64,000 nt of DNA from Octopus vulgaris (lineage: Eukaryota), in contig OX597834.1 of assembly GCA_951406725.2 (NCBI GenBank), forward strand, positions 8,494,001-8,558,000, read 5' to 3'. The translations under genes and the position numbers were made by a program. Under the pieces are notes generated by a model that was not told where the DNA came from, did no database searches, and saw only the letters and a program-made list of their open reading frames with translations. Positions within the stretch are counted from its first letter, which is position 1. Each line of letters opens with the position of its first letter. Positions 41,233-56,055 of the stretch are shown in pieces.

Positions 41233-41741
41233 GGCGCAGGAGTGGCTGCGTGGTAAGTAGCTTGCTAACCAACCACATGGTTCCGGGTTCAGTCCCACTG
41301 CGTGGCACCTTGGGCAAGTCTCTTCTGCTATAGCCCCGGGCCGACCAATGCCTTGTGAGTGGATTTGGTAGACGGAAACTGAAAGAAGCCTGTCGTATAT
41401 AGCACCAGGTGGTGCTATTAAGTTAGACATGGCCTGGGCCAATAATGGCCGAAACCTATCAAAGTATCAAAGTATCAAAGTATATATGTATGTATATATA
41501 TATATGTTTGTGTATGTGTTTGTGTATCTGTGTTTGTCCCCCTAGCATTGCTTGACAACCGATGCTGGTGTGTTTACGTCCCCGTCACTTAGCGGTTCGG
41601 CAAAAGAGACCGATAGAAGAAGTATTGGGCTTACAAAGAATAAATCCTGGTGTCGATTTGCTCGACTAAAGGCGGTGCTCCAGCATGGCCGCAGTCAAAT
41701 GACTGAAACAAGTAAAAGAGTAAAAGAGAAAGAGTAAAGAG
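41233..41741 (+). mobile_element. SINE family A with about 80-bp insert in its internal TA tract
   Basis: Full head and tail; insert 41401-41480 ends in (tatcaaag)3. Confidence 0.9.
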
Positions 41742-41989
41742 TATATGTCATTTTCAAGAGTTATATCAAATTATCACCCTACGAGACACATCTACACCGA
41801 ACGATGATCCTACACCAGTCCTTAAGTACCCACCCGTGAGAGATCGATGCAGTTTAGCGAAAATGTTGTAGTGATTAATAGAAATTCTCGTAGCTTCCAT
41901 CTTTCTTATTCACCAAATACACATGCACATATATATATATATGTATATATTATATATATATATATATATGTACATGTATGTGTGTATGC

Positions 41990-42036
<47 letters not shown>

Positions 42037-42077
42037 CGTGTGAATATATATATATATATCTGTTTATATGTGTGTAT

Positions 42078-42417
42078 GTGTGTATTAAATAATTTAAGAT
42101 AAAAAGGCCAAGGCAATATTCATGTCTTATCTCTTCATTTCTCTCTTTATCTACTTCGCCCTAACAGTATAAATCTTAAAATTCATTTATTCTACAAGAT
42201 CCTTTTGGATGAAGAAACCATGGAATTAATATCTGCTCACTATCCATTTGAAATAACATATGAATTCTTATCGGATTTTACACAACATGGACAAGAAGTC
42301 ACTTTATCCATTCTACATAGCACATTTCTTGCGTAACGGAACAACAAATTTAACATACAACGTGAATTTTTATTTTCATATCTTCCCTTTATACTTTCTG
42401 CATTATAATTCATTTCT

Positions 42418-42458
<41 letters not shown>

Positions 42459-42620
42459 AGAATAACTTCTAAAAAAATGGACTCTACTAATTCCTTCTAT
42501 TGAAGCTGGGAGATCATTTATTTCCTTGAAACAGCTGGAAGACCACCTTTCTATTCATGAATGTCCTAGGAATATCACATTGCCTTCGCCTTCTTATCTT
42601 ATTTTATTTAACATATACAT
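42078..42620 (+). mobile_element. Decayed PLE-type remnant with terminal inverted segment
   Basis: 42078-42118 is an imperfect inverse of about 42579-42620; CTATTGA-A...GAAAC-AGCT-GGA-agacc at about 42497-42545 resembles the 39854 motif. Confidence 0.5.
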
Positions 42621-43477
42621 TCTCGCATACAGCTTGCCTTAGACTTCACTCTCACGCTACTATCGAACCGGAAGCTTAACAGCGAACATTCTGTAGTACT
42701 TACATATCCTCATCTGCCTTTTGGGTGTTCTTGATACCAAAAGATCTCATGTATATATAAATATATATATATATATATGTATCTATGTATGCATACATGT
42801 AAATATGTATTGCTCTTATAGAGCATCAAAAACCTTATCAAGTGCATCTACCCAGGGTTCTCTGGTCGAAATTTCCATTTAAGAAGCTGAGAACAAAACT
42901 GTCAGTGTTCTTTTGAGCTGATAACAATTAAACAGGAGACATTGATGAAGAGGACAAGAAGGAACAGACAAGACCCATAAACGACGTTGCAATGCTTCGA
43001 TGTCAATCTGGCGTAGACATGATGTTAATGGTTTATTAGGTGTCTTGTTGTTTACTTTTAAAATGCCGAAAAGACATATTTCTTGAAATAAAGATATACT
43101 GAAAGAATCTGGTTCCTATAAGTTGTGTTCATAGTGTCTGTGTATATATATATGTGCATGTGTGTAACGAGTTCCAAAAATTGGTCAGTATTCTCTCTTG
43201 TTAGTATTGCAAATATTTGTTATCATAAACTCTTTTCTCTCTTAAGCGATGGAGTACTCTTGAAGCATTACCACAGAGTTTCTTTCTCTCTTTCTTTCTT
43301 TTTCTCTCTCTCTATCTATATCTCTCTATATATACCACTGAAATCTACAGGTTTTTTCCATTCTCTCTCTCTATATTTTCTTGAAACGTAGAGGGGTTTT
43401 TCATTTTTCCAGTGCGTCAAACTAACACACTTGCTTATTGTTCATGCACCGGTATTCGACTTTTGTTTTTTGTGTAA

Positions 43478-43535
43478 ATTTCAAATATATATATGAGGTT
43501 TAAAGGCTTCGACAAAACCCTTATTACTACTAATA

Positions 43536-43589
<54 letters not shown>

Positions 43590-43641
43590 TAGTAATAAGG
43601 GTTTTCTCGAAGCCTTTAAACCTCATATATATATTTGAAAT
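43478..43641. repeat. About 60-bp inverted repeat centred on (TA)n
   Basis: atttcaaat..gaggtttaaaggcttcgacaaaacccttattacta / tagtaataagggttttctcgaagcctttaaacctc..atttgaaat. Confidence 0.92.
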
Positions 43642-44163
43642 ATATATATATATATATGTATGTATATATATATATATATATATATATCGTCGAACCCAGG
43701 CATTTAAAATCCGACAATTTCGTATTTCTTATGTGTTCAGGTGAACATCAGTTCCATTACAAACTATGTACAGGACTTTTCTACATTTTCACTGCAATGT
43801 GAATATTTTGGTTGCAATTTCAAACAGATTTCATACACCTTTCTTTTACTTCTGGTTTCACTAACACTATACTTACTCCAAAAGTTAAGAACATCATCTG
43901 ATCACATTTCAGAAGACAAAAACTTCTTATATGATATATATTAAAAAGACAGTCATAGAATAAAATGAAAATATAATAATATGTTGTGGAATTATAAAGG
44001 TAGAAATCAGTCCTTTTGAATAGGTGATGTGAAAACGATATCATGTGCTTTCGCATTCCCACGTTTCACCATCTCTCTCTTACTCTTAGTTTCATTCTGT
44101 CTCTCCTCATAAAGATGTGTGCGCGTGTTTATGTCAGTGTTTGTGTGTATGTTCACACACATT

Positions 44164-44224
<61 letters not shown>

Positions 44225-44461
44225 TATATGTATATATATATTTATTTATTTATATATATGTATATACATGTATATATACATATATAATTATATATATACA
44301 TATATATGCTTACATACATTTATTTATAGAAATAATATCTAGCTAGGTAGCTATCTCTGTGTCCCTCTCTCCCTCCCTGTCTCATACGTTTATGTATAGA
44401 TATATATTCAAATACATATATGTATAATATATATATGCATACATTCATATATATATATATT

Positions 44462-44571
<110 letters not shown>

Positions 44572-44790
44572 TATACATATATTGATGTATGCATATATGA
44601 GTGAATATGTTTTTGTCTGTCTGTATATATATTAAAGCAAATATTGCATCTACAAAGGAAGACAAACTCACCGCGTATATCAATAACAAGTATTGATATG
44701 TTAAGAAATTCTAGCTACGCCACCCAACAATACACTAGAAAACCATAAGACTATCTACAATACTTCGGTCCCAATAGCTAAGAAACACAC

Positions 44791-44838
<48 letters not shown>

Positions 44839-45401
44839 GCGCACACACAAAAGAAAAAAACCGAGAAGTTTGTCATGTCAATTTACATTACATGTAAATG
44901 TAATTTCAAAGGAGACTTGGAAGTCCAACTGGTGTAGCCTGGGTCGATTTGTGATGTAGCTTCTCAAGTCACGACTAGTTTCCCATTGATTTTATCATAT
45001 GAATATATACGCATACAAAGGTGGTCTGCGATTCCATCACTTCGTTCTTGATAAAATAAATACTGGTGTCTACACAATTGTCTCTACCCTAAAGGTGGTA
45101 TTCGACATGGCTACCTCCTGATATCTGTATGTATGTATTTACGCATGTATGCTTATATATGGGTGTGACTATGTGTGTTTGTGTGCATGTAGAGTGTGAC
45201 TGTATATGTGTGTGTCTGTGTGTGTGTATACACTATCATCTTTACATCATATGCATTACGTAAAGCATGGACATATCTACACACACAGAGAAACTCACGA
45301 ACATGTATTTATGCCTATATACACATATACATATATATTTATATGTAAATATGTATGCATATACATACATATATCTACATACATATATATATATACATTA
45401 T

Positions 45402-45436
<35 letters not shown>

Positions 45437-45441
45437 TATAT

Positions 45442-45517
<76 letters not shown>

Positions 45518-45569
45518 GTTTGTATTACGTACATATTCACATACATACATACATTCATACATACATACA

Positions 45570-45603
<34 letters not shown>

Positions 45604-46060
45604 CATACGTACGTAGATAGTCTAGGCACACACATGCTTCTGTGAATATGTGAGGATGTGCGTATGTGTGTATACTTACATTCGACAAATTCAATTCCGA
45701 AGTAATCTTCCTTTGAGAAACTCCACTTAGAAGTGAAGTATTCTACACCTGTTTGACTCTTAGGTCTCCTCACAAATTACATTTGCATGCAATGTAAATT
45801 CACATAGTAGACTTCTTACTTTTTATTTCTTTTTGTCCTCTTGGCCATTGTGACGAACGTATTGAGGAAACTCTTTCTCCTGCTCCATGCTGATGTTTAT
45901 TTTTGTTTTATTTTTACTTTATTTTTACTTTATTTTTACTTATTTATGTGTAAATTATCATTTTGCTTTTGGTATGCCCTGTAAGTTTCTGTCCTATTGT
46001 GTAATGTACTCGTTCATCGTAGGTATACTCACATTACTGCATGCATACTTGCATAACGTA

Positions 46061-46098
<38 letters not shown>

Positions 46099-46227
46099 CA
46101 CCCATACATGATGTATGTGCACAGACACATATATATGCACATACACACATATATATATACATACATACATATATATATATCTATAAATATATATATGTAT
46201 AGATATATATATAGATAAATGCATATA

Positions 46228-46302
<75 letters not shown>

Positions 46303-46319
46303 ACATATATAGCAACATG

Positions 46320-46681
46320 CTGAATTTAACAACACAACACATCACATGCTCTTAATCCCTTTGGATCTTAACACCTCAAGGTAATTTTTTGGTAAACAAC
46401 CATAAAACTCAAGATACACAACGAACTCACAATGTATCGGAGAACTTATTTTTTAATTTTTGTACATTTTTATCATTATTCTTTTACAAAAACAATGCAA
46501 TTTTCTTTTTTTCCCCTTTCTAATTTTTAAAAAAACTTCTTAAAACATAAATATTCTTGACAAGTCATACAATGACGAAAACCGGTTGAATAAATATATA
46601 TTTATATATTTTATCATTTTCTCATTTTATTAAAATTTTCATTCATTTGAGCATTCTGCATTTTTAAAAAAATTGTCCTTA

Positions 46682-46683
<2 letters not shown>
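46320..46683 (+). mobile_element. PLE 3' end between (TA)n tracts, with hammerhead-like motif
   Basis: cttaatccctttggatcttaac resembles the L.P.GLN GIY-YIG terminus; tattc-TTGACAA-GTCAT-aca-ATGAC-GAAAACCGGTT-gaata at 46552-46592. Confidence 0.6.
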
Positions 46684-46724
<41 letters not shown>

Positions 46725-46729
46725 ACATA

Positions 46730-46880
46730 TAAGACAGGTGGTGAAGACAACAAACAGATGTATTAGTATAACGCTGGGGAAGTGAAAAAAATCTTTAACG
46801 TTTCGTGCCTACGCTCTTCCACAGAAAGGAACACAGAATGAAACAAGGAGAGAAAATAAAAATGTGTACCGACTAGCGAT
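46730..46880 (-). mobile_element. PLE family P1 3' end
   Basis: aagacaggtgg..aacaaacag..tattagtataacgct..ctttaacgtttcg..cagaaagg homologous to 12520-12720. Confidence 0.7.
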
Positions 46881-47239
46881 AAAACTGTGGACATTTCTGT
46901 ACATTAGAAATATTCATGAAGCGTGTCATTGTAGTCGCGTTTGTTTGTTTGTTTGTTTTTATTTATTTCATCTAATTGTCGAGTTACCCATTCGCAGCTT
47001 CACTACATTTGCCCCTTATACTGACCTGTAATCCTCAAATTTGCAAGATTTCTGCCCTTCTTTGCAAATCGTTGGCAGGACTTAAACGTCACATTCGACA
47101 TAAGTATTATGACAAAGAAAGAGTACTTTGTCAGAGCTTCATACGTCGAAACGTACCTGAGAGTCCAACACAAACACACACTCACACACACACACACACA
47201 CACTCACCTATATATATATATATATATATATATGCCTCG

Positions 47240-47460
47240 AGCTGGCAGAAACGTTAGCGCGCCGGATGAAATGCTTAGCGGTATTTCGTCTGCCGCTACG
47301 TTCTGAGTTCAAATTCCGCCGAGGTCGACTTTGCCTTTCATCCTTTCGGGGTCGGTAAATAAAGTACCAGTTTCGCACTGGGGTCGATGTAATCGACTTA
47401 ATCCGTTTGTCTGTCCTTGTTTGTCTCCTCTCTGTTTAGCCCCTTGTGGGCAATAAAGAA
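47240..47460 (+). mobile_element. Young family C SINE with TSD
   Basis: Flanked on both sides by (at)n-gcctcg (to 47239 and 47461-47482); near-identical to the inverse of 38193-38422. Confidence 0.92.
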
Positions 47461-47877
47461 ATATATATATATATATGCCTCGTTTCATGTGGTTTTATGT
47501 CTAATAACTATTTACCATTAAGATGAAGGACCACTCAGTAATTTTAGCTCGCCTATTAATTTATTTCTGTAAGTTTCAGAGCGACTGAGATATCTTTGCA
47601 CACAAACACAAACTTTTAAGTCACGCGTGTATGATGTCTGTGTGTAAGTGAGAATGGGATAATATTTAAAGACAAGTAACAAAACATACGTCCGCATTAT
47701 ACTCGATAAACGTACATTTACTTTATATAGCGTAGTAAATTTCGTAGACATCTGAAGGCGCAAATTTATACTTTCAGACACATACGATATTTCACATGTG
47801 AAGTCTTGAAAAACCTGAATGCATCATCATAGTGTAAATTATCTTCCAATATTTTCAAATATATAGAAATATACTTT

Positions 47878-47931
<54 letters not shown>

Positions 47932-48075
47932 CGTGTGTATTTATGTGTGTGTGCGTATGTGTGTGCGTATGCGTGTGTATGTATGTAAATATAAAACTAT
48001 ACTGGTATATATACATATATATATAGAATATATATATATACATACATATATACATATATATATATACTAGTATAG

Positions 48076-48196
<121 letters not shown>

Positions 48197-48217
48197 TATA
48201 TATTATATATATATGTG

Positions 48218-48321
<104 letters not shown>

Positions 48322-48385
48322 TAGAGATATATAGAGACTATATATATATATATGTATATATATATATACTAGTATATATATATAT

Positions 48386-48467
<82 letters not shown>

Positions 48468-49642
48468 TACACTCGTAGGTTTATATTAAGCGTATATCAA
48501 ATAGAATCTTAAATATCATAGACACGTAGCGACTGGAGCAGAATTCTATCATTTCAACGTCTTTCTTTCTGCTGGTCATGTTTCAAAGTTAATGTCTGCG
48601 ATTCTTTTATCCAAATATCACGTTAATGGCAAAGAGCAGTCTCATGGTTTTTTTCAACACAAGGTGATTCATCGTTTTAAATGATCGTGGTCCGGTAATA
48701 AAAACCGGTGTACTGTAGTATATTACAATGTACTCCACCTGTACTTATGTGCGTCATGCGCTTAAATTTTTTTTAGGATATTCTTTCATCTCCATCTCTA
48801 ATCGGTGTATACATCAATTATGTATAAAGCCAAAACTGACTTGAGACTGTCGACCGTCATTCGATCCCATAACGGGACGTCTTTGCGGTTACACGAACCG
48901 CTAAAAGTTTTAGCCACCCCATTTAATATCACATACTACCCTTTTTGATAAAGGATAAATCCTTTTCCATGACCCCATGTTTTACCGAAAAAAATTTGAT
49001 AATTAGTGACTTATATTCAGCATGCACATACATGCTTTCCTTGTGTCAACAAAAGCAACAAAATTAACAACAATCAATTAATTAATATGGGTCTTCTTAA
49101 TGCTTTCGGAACGAAATGTTGTTGTTTGCTAGCTCTAATTTAACCTACATTTATCAGATTAATAATCAAAAATATTCTAGATATCTGTTTTCAGGAATAA
49201 CCAACAAGTACATGTTATTGGTTCAATAAGTCCATAATCGATAAGATACAACTACATAAGTGGTATAACAGAAGGAGCTTATTTCTATATTGATTTGTTA
49301 CGTAACGAATTGTTGCATGGATCTAATTATTAAAGGAAAGTAAGGCAGAATCTCTTGTAAATCAGACTGCCTTATAGCCGAAGCAGATACAATAGAAAAT
49401 ATTTTGCTCTGGAGGATGGCGAGGGAGAAGCGCTAGTGCATCCAGTTTTTCTGATGGGGTTCGCACTTGAATTCAACCATCGCCACATCGATAGTAGATA
49501 ACGTGCGGGGAAGAAGAATGACGGAGGTTTCCACTGCCAGAGGCTCGACTATAGAAAAATGGCAAAAACGGAATAAATTCATACTGATCGAGCAGTACAA
49601 GCAACATTTGATTCGTCGGTGTTATCATTGTTGGCAATCATT

Positions 49643-49792
<150 letters not shown>

Positions 49793-49949
49793 ATATACAT
49801 ACAAACACACATTCAAGGTGTGGCTGTGCGGTAACAAGCTTGTTTCGGAATCACATGATTCCAGGTCCTCATTTTCGTATACCTTGCATTTAATCTTGGC
49901 TCTTTTCTTTCCCAACAATATCGGTATACAAAATGGTAACAATCAAACT

Positions 49950-50315
49950 ATGTTGAGAGATTTTCTCGTATGAGTTTACATTTGAACACTCTACTACAGA
50001 AGCTCTACGGAATTTGGTAATGATTTTGTTGACATCAGAACTGCTCAGAAATAGTTCCAAAGCTCTCGTTCAGTAGATGATAGCTCTGAAAATAAACCAA
50101 GGGGTAGGCATGATTGATTAAATGCTTTGGTTGAACAAGAGCTGGGAACAAAGTTCGAAAACTTTTGTCAGAACTTCAAACATCTTGCACAACTGTTTTC
50201 AACCTCTAAAAAAATTAGAAAAAGGCAAGGAAATGGATAGTTTTGTTCCACATCAGCTGAAGGAGATTCAAACAGAAGCCTCGAAGAGTGCTCTTTATTG
50301 CTTTCTCGATTGGAA
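49950..50315 (+). mobile_element. Decayed mariner transposase N-terminal half
   Basis: YEFTFEHSTTEALRN..RTAQK*FQSSRSVDDSSENKPRGR..LKKLEKGKEMDSFVPHQLKE (HTH region and WVPHEL motif). Confidence 0.7.
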
Positions 50316-50321
50316 AAATAG

Positions 50322-50445
50322 CATTACATTTGTTGATGCCCTAAGGACAGACACTGGTCTCCGGGAGTCGCAGGTCATGGCAGCGATGAGGGGGGGACAA
50401 AGACCGCTGGAGAGAGCTCATCCATGGATCTCGGGAATTAAACTC

Positions 50446-50448
<3 letters not shown>
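50322..50448 (+). mobile_element. Short RTE-type LINE 3' end
   Basis: ITFVDALRTDTGLRESQVMAAMR/DKDRWRELI resembles the RTE ORF terminus D.L..DTGL....AM.DR..WR; followed by (TA)n. Confidence 0.55.
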
Positions 50449-50503
<55 letters not shown>

Positions 50504-50506
<3 letters not shown>

Positions 50507-50720
50507 GAAATTTATAGAAAAACAAAAGACGAAAGCAGGTGTATGACAACAAGTACAAATTATGAAGTCCTTTATATTTCGAGCCTAAGCTCTTCAACAG
50601 AAAAGTATAGAGAAAATAAACGGAGAGCGAGTGAAAAAAGACTTGTATATTTCGGCAATCCAGCATGGCGGATATACAAATGAATTGGGACAAAATTAAA
50701 GACCGACAAGTGAATTGGTG
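50504..50720 (-). mobile_element. PLE family P1 3' end
   Basis: aaaaacaaaagacgaaagcaggtg..atttcgagcctaagctcttcaacagaaa; abuts (TA)n. Confidence 0.7.
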
Positions 50721-51149
50721 TGTAAGAATAAGTATAAGTAAGAATACAGCGATACATATATACACACATTTTTATGTATGGATGCTATATGTATGTCTGT
50801 TTAAATATGAGTATACACGTGTGCGTTTACCTTTCTCGGAGATTATGCTATATATTGGAACTTCTCTTAAACTCATCCAATGCTTATCTGCGTTTAGTAA
50901 TACCTATTGCTCTAGTACTCGCACGTGGAATATCCTCCATTCACTAACATCATCGTCTGTCTTCACAGAACTGAAGAATTCGCTGAGAGAAGCAGTTTAT
51001 TAAAAATTCTAAGTTATCTTCTGATGAGTACTCATTAATTTTAGAACGTCATACATGCAAATTCGACATCATTCAAACTGATCTTATATCTTATTGCAGT
51101 GTCTTTATTTCACTCTGTCTCATACTTATATACACGGAATCATACATAC

Positions 51150-51208
<59 letters not shown>

Positions 51209-51245
51209 TATACATATATATATTCATGTATATATATATATGTAC

Positions 51246-51288
<43 letters not shown>

Positions 51289-51650
51289 CATTTACACACA
51301 TACATATTTACATACACACACATTCATGTATGTATATATGTGTATATATATATATATATATATGTACATTTATGTACACGTATATCCTTGTGAATACATA
51401 TGCATATCAGTGTATATTCATGTATGTATGTTTCAGCACCACAAGCCTTGTTAAAATTTTAAAGTGTTATGAAAGTGCAAAATAAAAATATATACAAATA
51501 TTCACGCACACAAGAAAAGTAAAACATTTTCCAATACTTAGAAATAACGACCACCCCATTATTACAACACATATACACACACACATATATCTATATATCA
51601 GTATAGATATATGTAGATTTCCTTACATATATGTATGTATGAAACTATGT

Positions 51651-51726
<76 letters not shown>

Positions 51727-51783
51727 CATGTGTGCATATATTTGTATGTGTATATATTTGTATGTGTATATATACATATATAC

Positions 51784-51839
<56 letters not shown>

Positions 51840-52289
51840 GTATATATGTATATATATACATACACATATATACACACACGCACACACACATATATTGTAA
51901 GTATACTAGCGGGAGACAGATATCAAGAGATTATAGAGGCAAAAAAATACAGACAATTATTGGTGCCAACAAAAATACAAGTAAAACGGTAAGTAGCTGA
52001 GTAAATATGAGAAAAAATACTAAAAAAATCACAGTTTTAGAAATGCATACTTTTTAATAAACGAATCACGGATAATTATTGCCAAGTGTGAAGAGATAAA
52101 ATAAATATATAATGGAATATACGTTTGGTTTTTTTTTGATACGTTTTTGCTAATTTTTCTTTTTTCTTTTTTTTTTCACACGCCTCCATCTTTCCGTTTG
52201 CTTTTACGTATATATGTAGTTAAGTATGCTTATTTGTTTAAATGTATTTATGTACGAATATATGTATGTCATTATGTATGCCTTTATGG

Positions 52290-52404
<115 letters not shown>

Positions 52405-52788
52405 CACGCAAGTATTTCTCATTATCAGTCTGTCGCGCTCTGTCCTTGCCACTCAAATCTCGATGTCATATTTCATACGCAGTCTTAGTTTGTTTTTTTT
52501 TTCCTTTTCTCAGTTCCCATCATTGCACTTCTTGCCTTCTTGCCTTTCAAACGTTTTATTAATTTATATATATACTTACTTTATCCTCTCTCTCTTTCTC
52601 TTCCTCTCTCTCTCTTTCCTTATCACTTACAGAACACTGACAGAAACTCACATAAATAAAGAAATACAACCGCACACGCAATTATTCATCGATATATATA
52701 CACTTCATTGTAAATATTAGCGATTGTTAGTGCGTAGTATATAGTTTTAGTTTTCAGTTAGTCACTGTACGTACTTTTGAGAAATATA

Positions 52789-53203
52789 CTCTCTTCTACT
52801 CTTTTACTTGTTTCAGTCATTTGACTGCGGCCATGCTGGAGCACCGCCTTTTTTTTTTAAATCGAGAAACTCAACCCCAAGTTTTATTCTTTGTAAGCCC
52901 AGTACTTATTCTATCGGTCTCTTTTGCCGAACTGCTAAGTGACGAGGACGTAAACAAACCAGCATCGGTTGTCAAGCAATGCTAAGGGGACAAACACAAA
53001 CACACAAACATACACGCACACACATATATATATATACATATATACGACAGGCTTCTTTCAGATGCCGTCTTCCAAATCCACTCACAAGGCATTGGTCGGC
53101 CGGGGCTATAGCATAAAACACTTGCCCAAGATGCCACGCAGTGGGACTGAACCCGGAACCATGTGGTTGGTTAGCAAGCTACTTACCACACACGCACACA
53201 CGC

Positions 53204-53237
<34 letters not shown>

Positions 53238-53490
53238 ATGTGTGTGTGTTTGTGTGCTTGTTTGCTTGTGTGTGTATATGTTCGTATGTCTGTATTTGTC
53301 CCCTCTGAACATCGCTTGACAACCGATGCTGGTGTGTTTACGTCCCCGTAATCTAGCGGTTCGGCATAAGAGACCGATAAAATAAGTACCAGACTTACAA
53401 TGTATAAGTTCTGTGGCCAATTTGCTCGGCTAAAGCGCTGCTCCAGAATGGCCACAGTCAAATGACTGAAACAAGTAAACTAGTAAATGA
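52789..53490. mobile_element. Inverted pair of family A SINEs (52789-53190 minus; 3' half 53290-53490 plus)
   Basis: Both carry the acaaccgatgctgg..gagaccgata..gtcaaatgactgaaacaagtaa segment in opposite orientation. Confidence 0.85.
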
Positions 53491-53869
53491 GTATAAAATC
53501 CCCTGATGTTACCAGATACATAATGGCTGAGGTTTCATGGGGTAATTAGCTGTTTCCGGTCTCACTAAATTAGGCAATCTCACCCACTATGGGTGCATCA
53601 GTCCTAAGCTGGGTCCGTTAGCAATAATCTGGTAGTAGTGTAACTGACCCGTACAGACCACGCAGTTTCTGATCCACTGCCACCCAATCTTACGGCCGTC
53701 TGCCTATGACCCCTGAAATGCCAGGTACGCCGTTAGCTATGTAGTGTGATTGACCTGCAAACACTCTGCATCCCAATGATTCGATGTAGTCTAGAAATGC
53801 GTTTGGTACTAAACGTCTTTAAACCGATATACTGAAGTATATAAAACATTCTTGAAGTAGTAAGTTCAC

Positions 53870-54045
53870 TTGGCCCTCTGTCGGTTATGACACAGCGAAT
53901 TTCAGTTCGTTCAATCAATGGAAAGACCTGCACGTCGCATCATCGGACGAATGGCAGAGCATTCCCACAGCCGTACGTTTAACGTAATTCTCAGGCAGAT
54001 TAAGCGTGGCACAGAATATGAAAAGGTCGCTCCTTTGAGTTATAT
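53870..54045 (-). mobile_element. Decayed family B SINE 3' part
   Basis: gtcggttatgac..ttaacgtaattctc..agcgtggcacaga..cctttga is the inverse of 8560-8730. Confidence 0.55.
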
Positions 54046-54585
54046 GATCTTTTCAGTTTTTTCAGTTCAGTAGACTAGATCAACGGGAAATGCATTGCCA
54101 TTCTCAAGGGCACTACGTGCCACCGGAAATCATAAACTCAACCCCTTAGCCTATCCAAATTATCATGAAACTTCCATAGGATACAAAAAAGAAAAAGGAA
54201 AAAGCAATGATTCCTATGGTACTGGTTTAATTCACCACGTTTTAACACAAATCCCATGAAAATACATTTAATCCACGTTTTCGGAATATACATTTAATCC
54301 ACATTTCCGGACTATCAGGAGCGTTTAGAAAATAGTCCGCAAGAGAAAAATAAACTAATCTCACTGCAAAATATATAATGCAAGATTTCCAGAAATCAAG
54401 TTGCCGAAAGCAAATTGAATGTTTACAGTATACTCCATAACAGTAATCGTTATCTCATATAGACACAAACGTCTAGTTTGGAATAAACGCCAAAACTTAC
54501 AAAAGTAGATAATGCCAATAACTTCAGTATATAATAATCCATAACGCCTCGGATCAGAGAGATTCTATCAAATTGTTCTCAATAG

Positions 54586-54622
<37 letters not shown>

Positions 54623-54659
54623 ATCTCGATTTCTCTCCCCTGATATTTTAAGGTGTATG

Positions 54660-54801
54660 TTTACATATACACGGATGTGTGGCTTCTACATGCATGATTC
54701 GGGTACAAGTTCACTGCGTGGCACCTTCGTTAGATGTTCTCTATTATAGTCTCGGACAGAGAAAACCTTGTTTTTGCTTGACGGAATCGGAAAGAAGCCT
54801 G

Positions 54802-54810
<9 letters not shown>
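54660..54810 (+). mobile_element. Decayed family A SINE head
   Basis: cactgcgtggcaccttcg..acggaatcggaaagaagcctgt. Confidence 0.55.
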
Positions 54811-54841
<31 letters not shown>

Positions 54842-55451
54842 TGAGAGAGAGAGAGAGAGAGAGAGAGAAACACAGAGAGAGGGGGAGAATGACAAAGTAG
54901 TTAGAATGTTGGCTGATTATATATATATTTTTAGCGCTTTCTTCCGTTATCAAATTCACTAAAAAAAAGTGCCTTACAGTAAGTTTACTTGGCATTTTTT
55001 ATATATAAAACTGAAAGTGATGATATTTTAGAGAGGAAGAGAGGGAGGGGGGAGAGAAGAAGGAGAAAAGAGGAAGAGAAAATAAAGAAGAAAAGGTTTG
55101 AGAGAGAGTTGAGGCGTGGCTTTTTATCATTGTGGTCAAATTTGCTTGATTCAATGTTATTTTTTTTCTTTTTAAGTGACCTTTGGCAGGAAAGAAATTC
55201 TTTGTATTCCAGAGGTCAAGGCTTTTAATTGGAAGGCCAGATTTTTTTTGATTTTTCCTCAGTAACAATTGTAATTTTATTTCAAGCTCCATTAATGTTA
55301 GGAAGGGAGAATGGTTGTAAGGATGCAGTGTGTTTTTTTTTTTATAAACCTGAACTTTTCAGTATAAAACTGAACTTGTAATCTGCACATTTCTCCATAG
55401 TTCAGCGTAGGTTTTCTCTTTTTCCCTGATCTTCAGCTTTATGAGTAGCTA

Positions 55452-55482
<31 letters not shown>

Positions 55483-55521
55483 TGTATGTATGTATGTATG
55501 TATGTATGTATGTATGTATGT

Positions 55522-56055
55522 CAGGTCATTTTCGAGTGCTACTGGTAACATGTAACACAGTAGAACCTGTGGCATGGTCGAGTCGTTGACGACTAAGTCG
55601 GCAACCCCACCAAGCTTGGTTGGTGAAGAGGGTGCTTATTGGACACCCTGCGGGATGAAAAACGAAACCCGTCAAAGGGTGGAGGAACTCTTGAGAGTCA
55701 ACGGCCATCCAATAAATGTATTTAGGCTGTATCATGCGCGGGGACATAGAAATAATCGGACTGAATACCCGATCTCGCAGTTAAACCATTAGGAGTAATG
55801 TACTCCTAGCCTTTGTTAGGGCATCCTTCTAGGAGAAGGTAACTCAGGTAACTGGGATAACTCCGACATAAAACCTGCGGCTCAGTGGTTACCGAAGATG
55901 TTGAATTGTTCTTCTTTTCGGATTATGGCTGCTGTTGCTTAGTGAGTGGGATTGACTCAGTGCACAGCCTTTCCTCACTTTAAAAAAATCTACTTGTACA
56001 GGCATTGCACGATAACAACATTGATTAAGCTTCGATAACGAGAGGGCAGACATCA
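55522..56055 (+). mobile_element. About 535-bp non-coding element bounded by (ATGT)n, probably an RTE-derived non-autonomous retroposon
   Basis: GC-richer island between (atgt)n at 55454-55521 and 56056-56065; agggcatccttctaggagaaggtaactc resembles RTE 5'UTR sequence (from memory, unverified). Confidence 0.5.

Noticed and set aside
51021-51052. CTGATGAG hammerhead core start
   Set aside because: No proper GAAA or pairing stems downstream, so not counted as a hammerhead.
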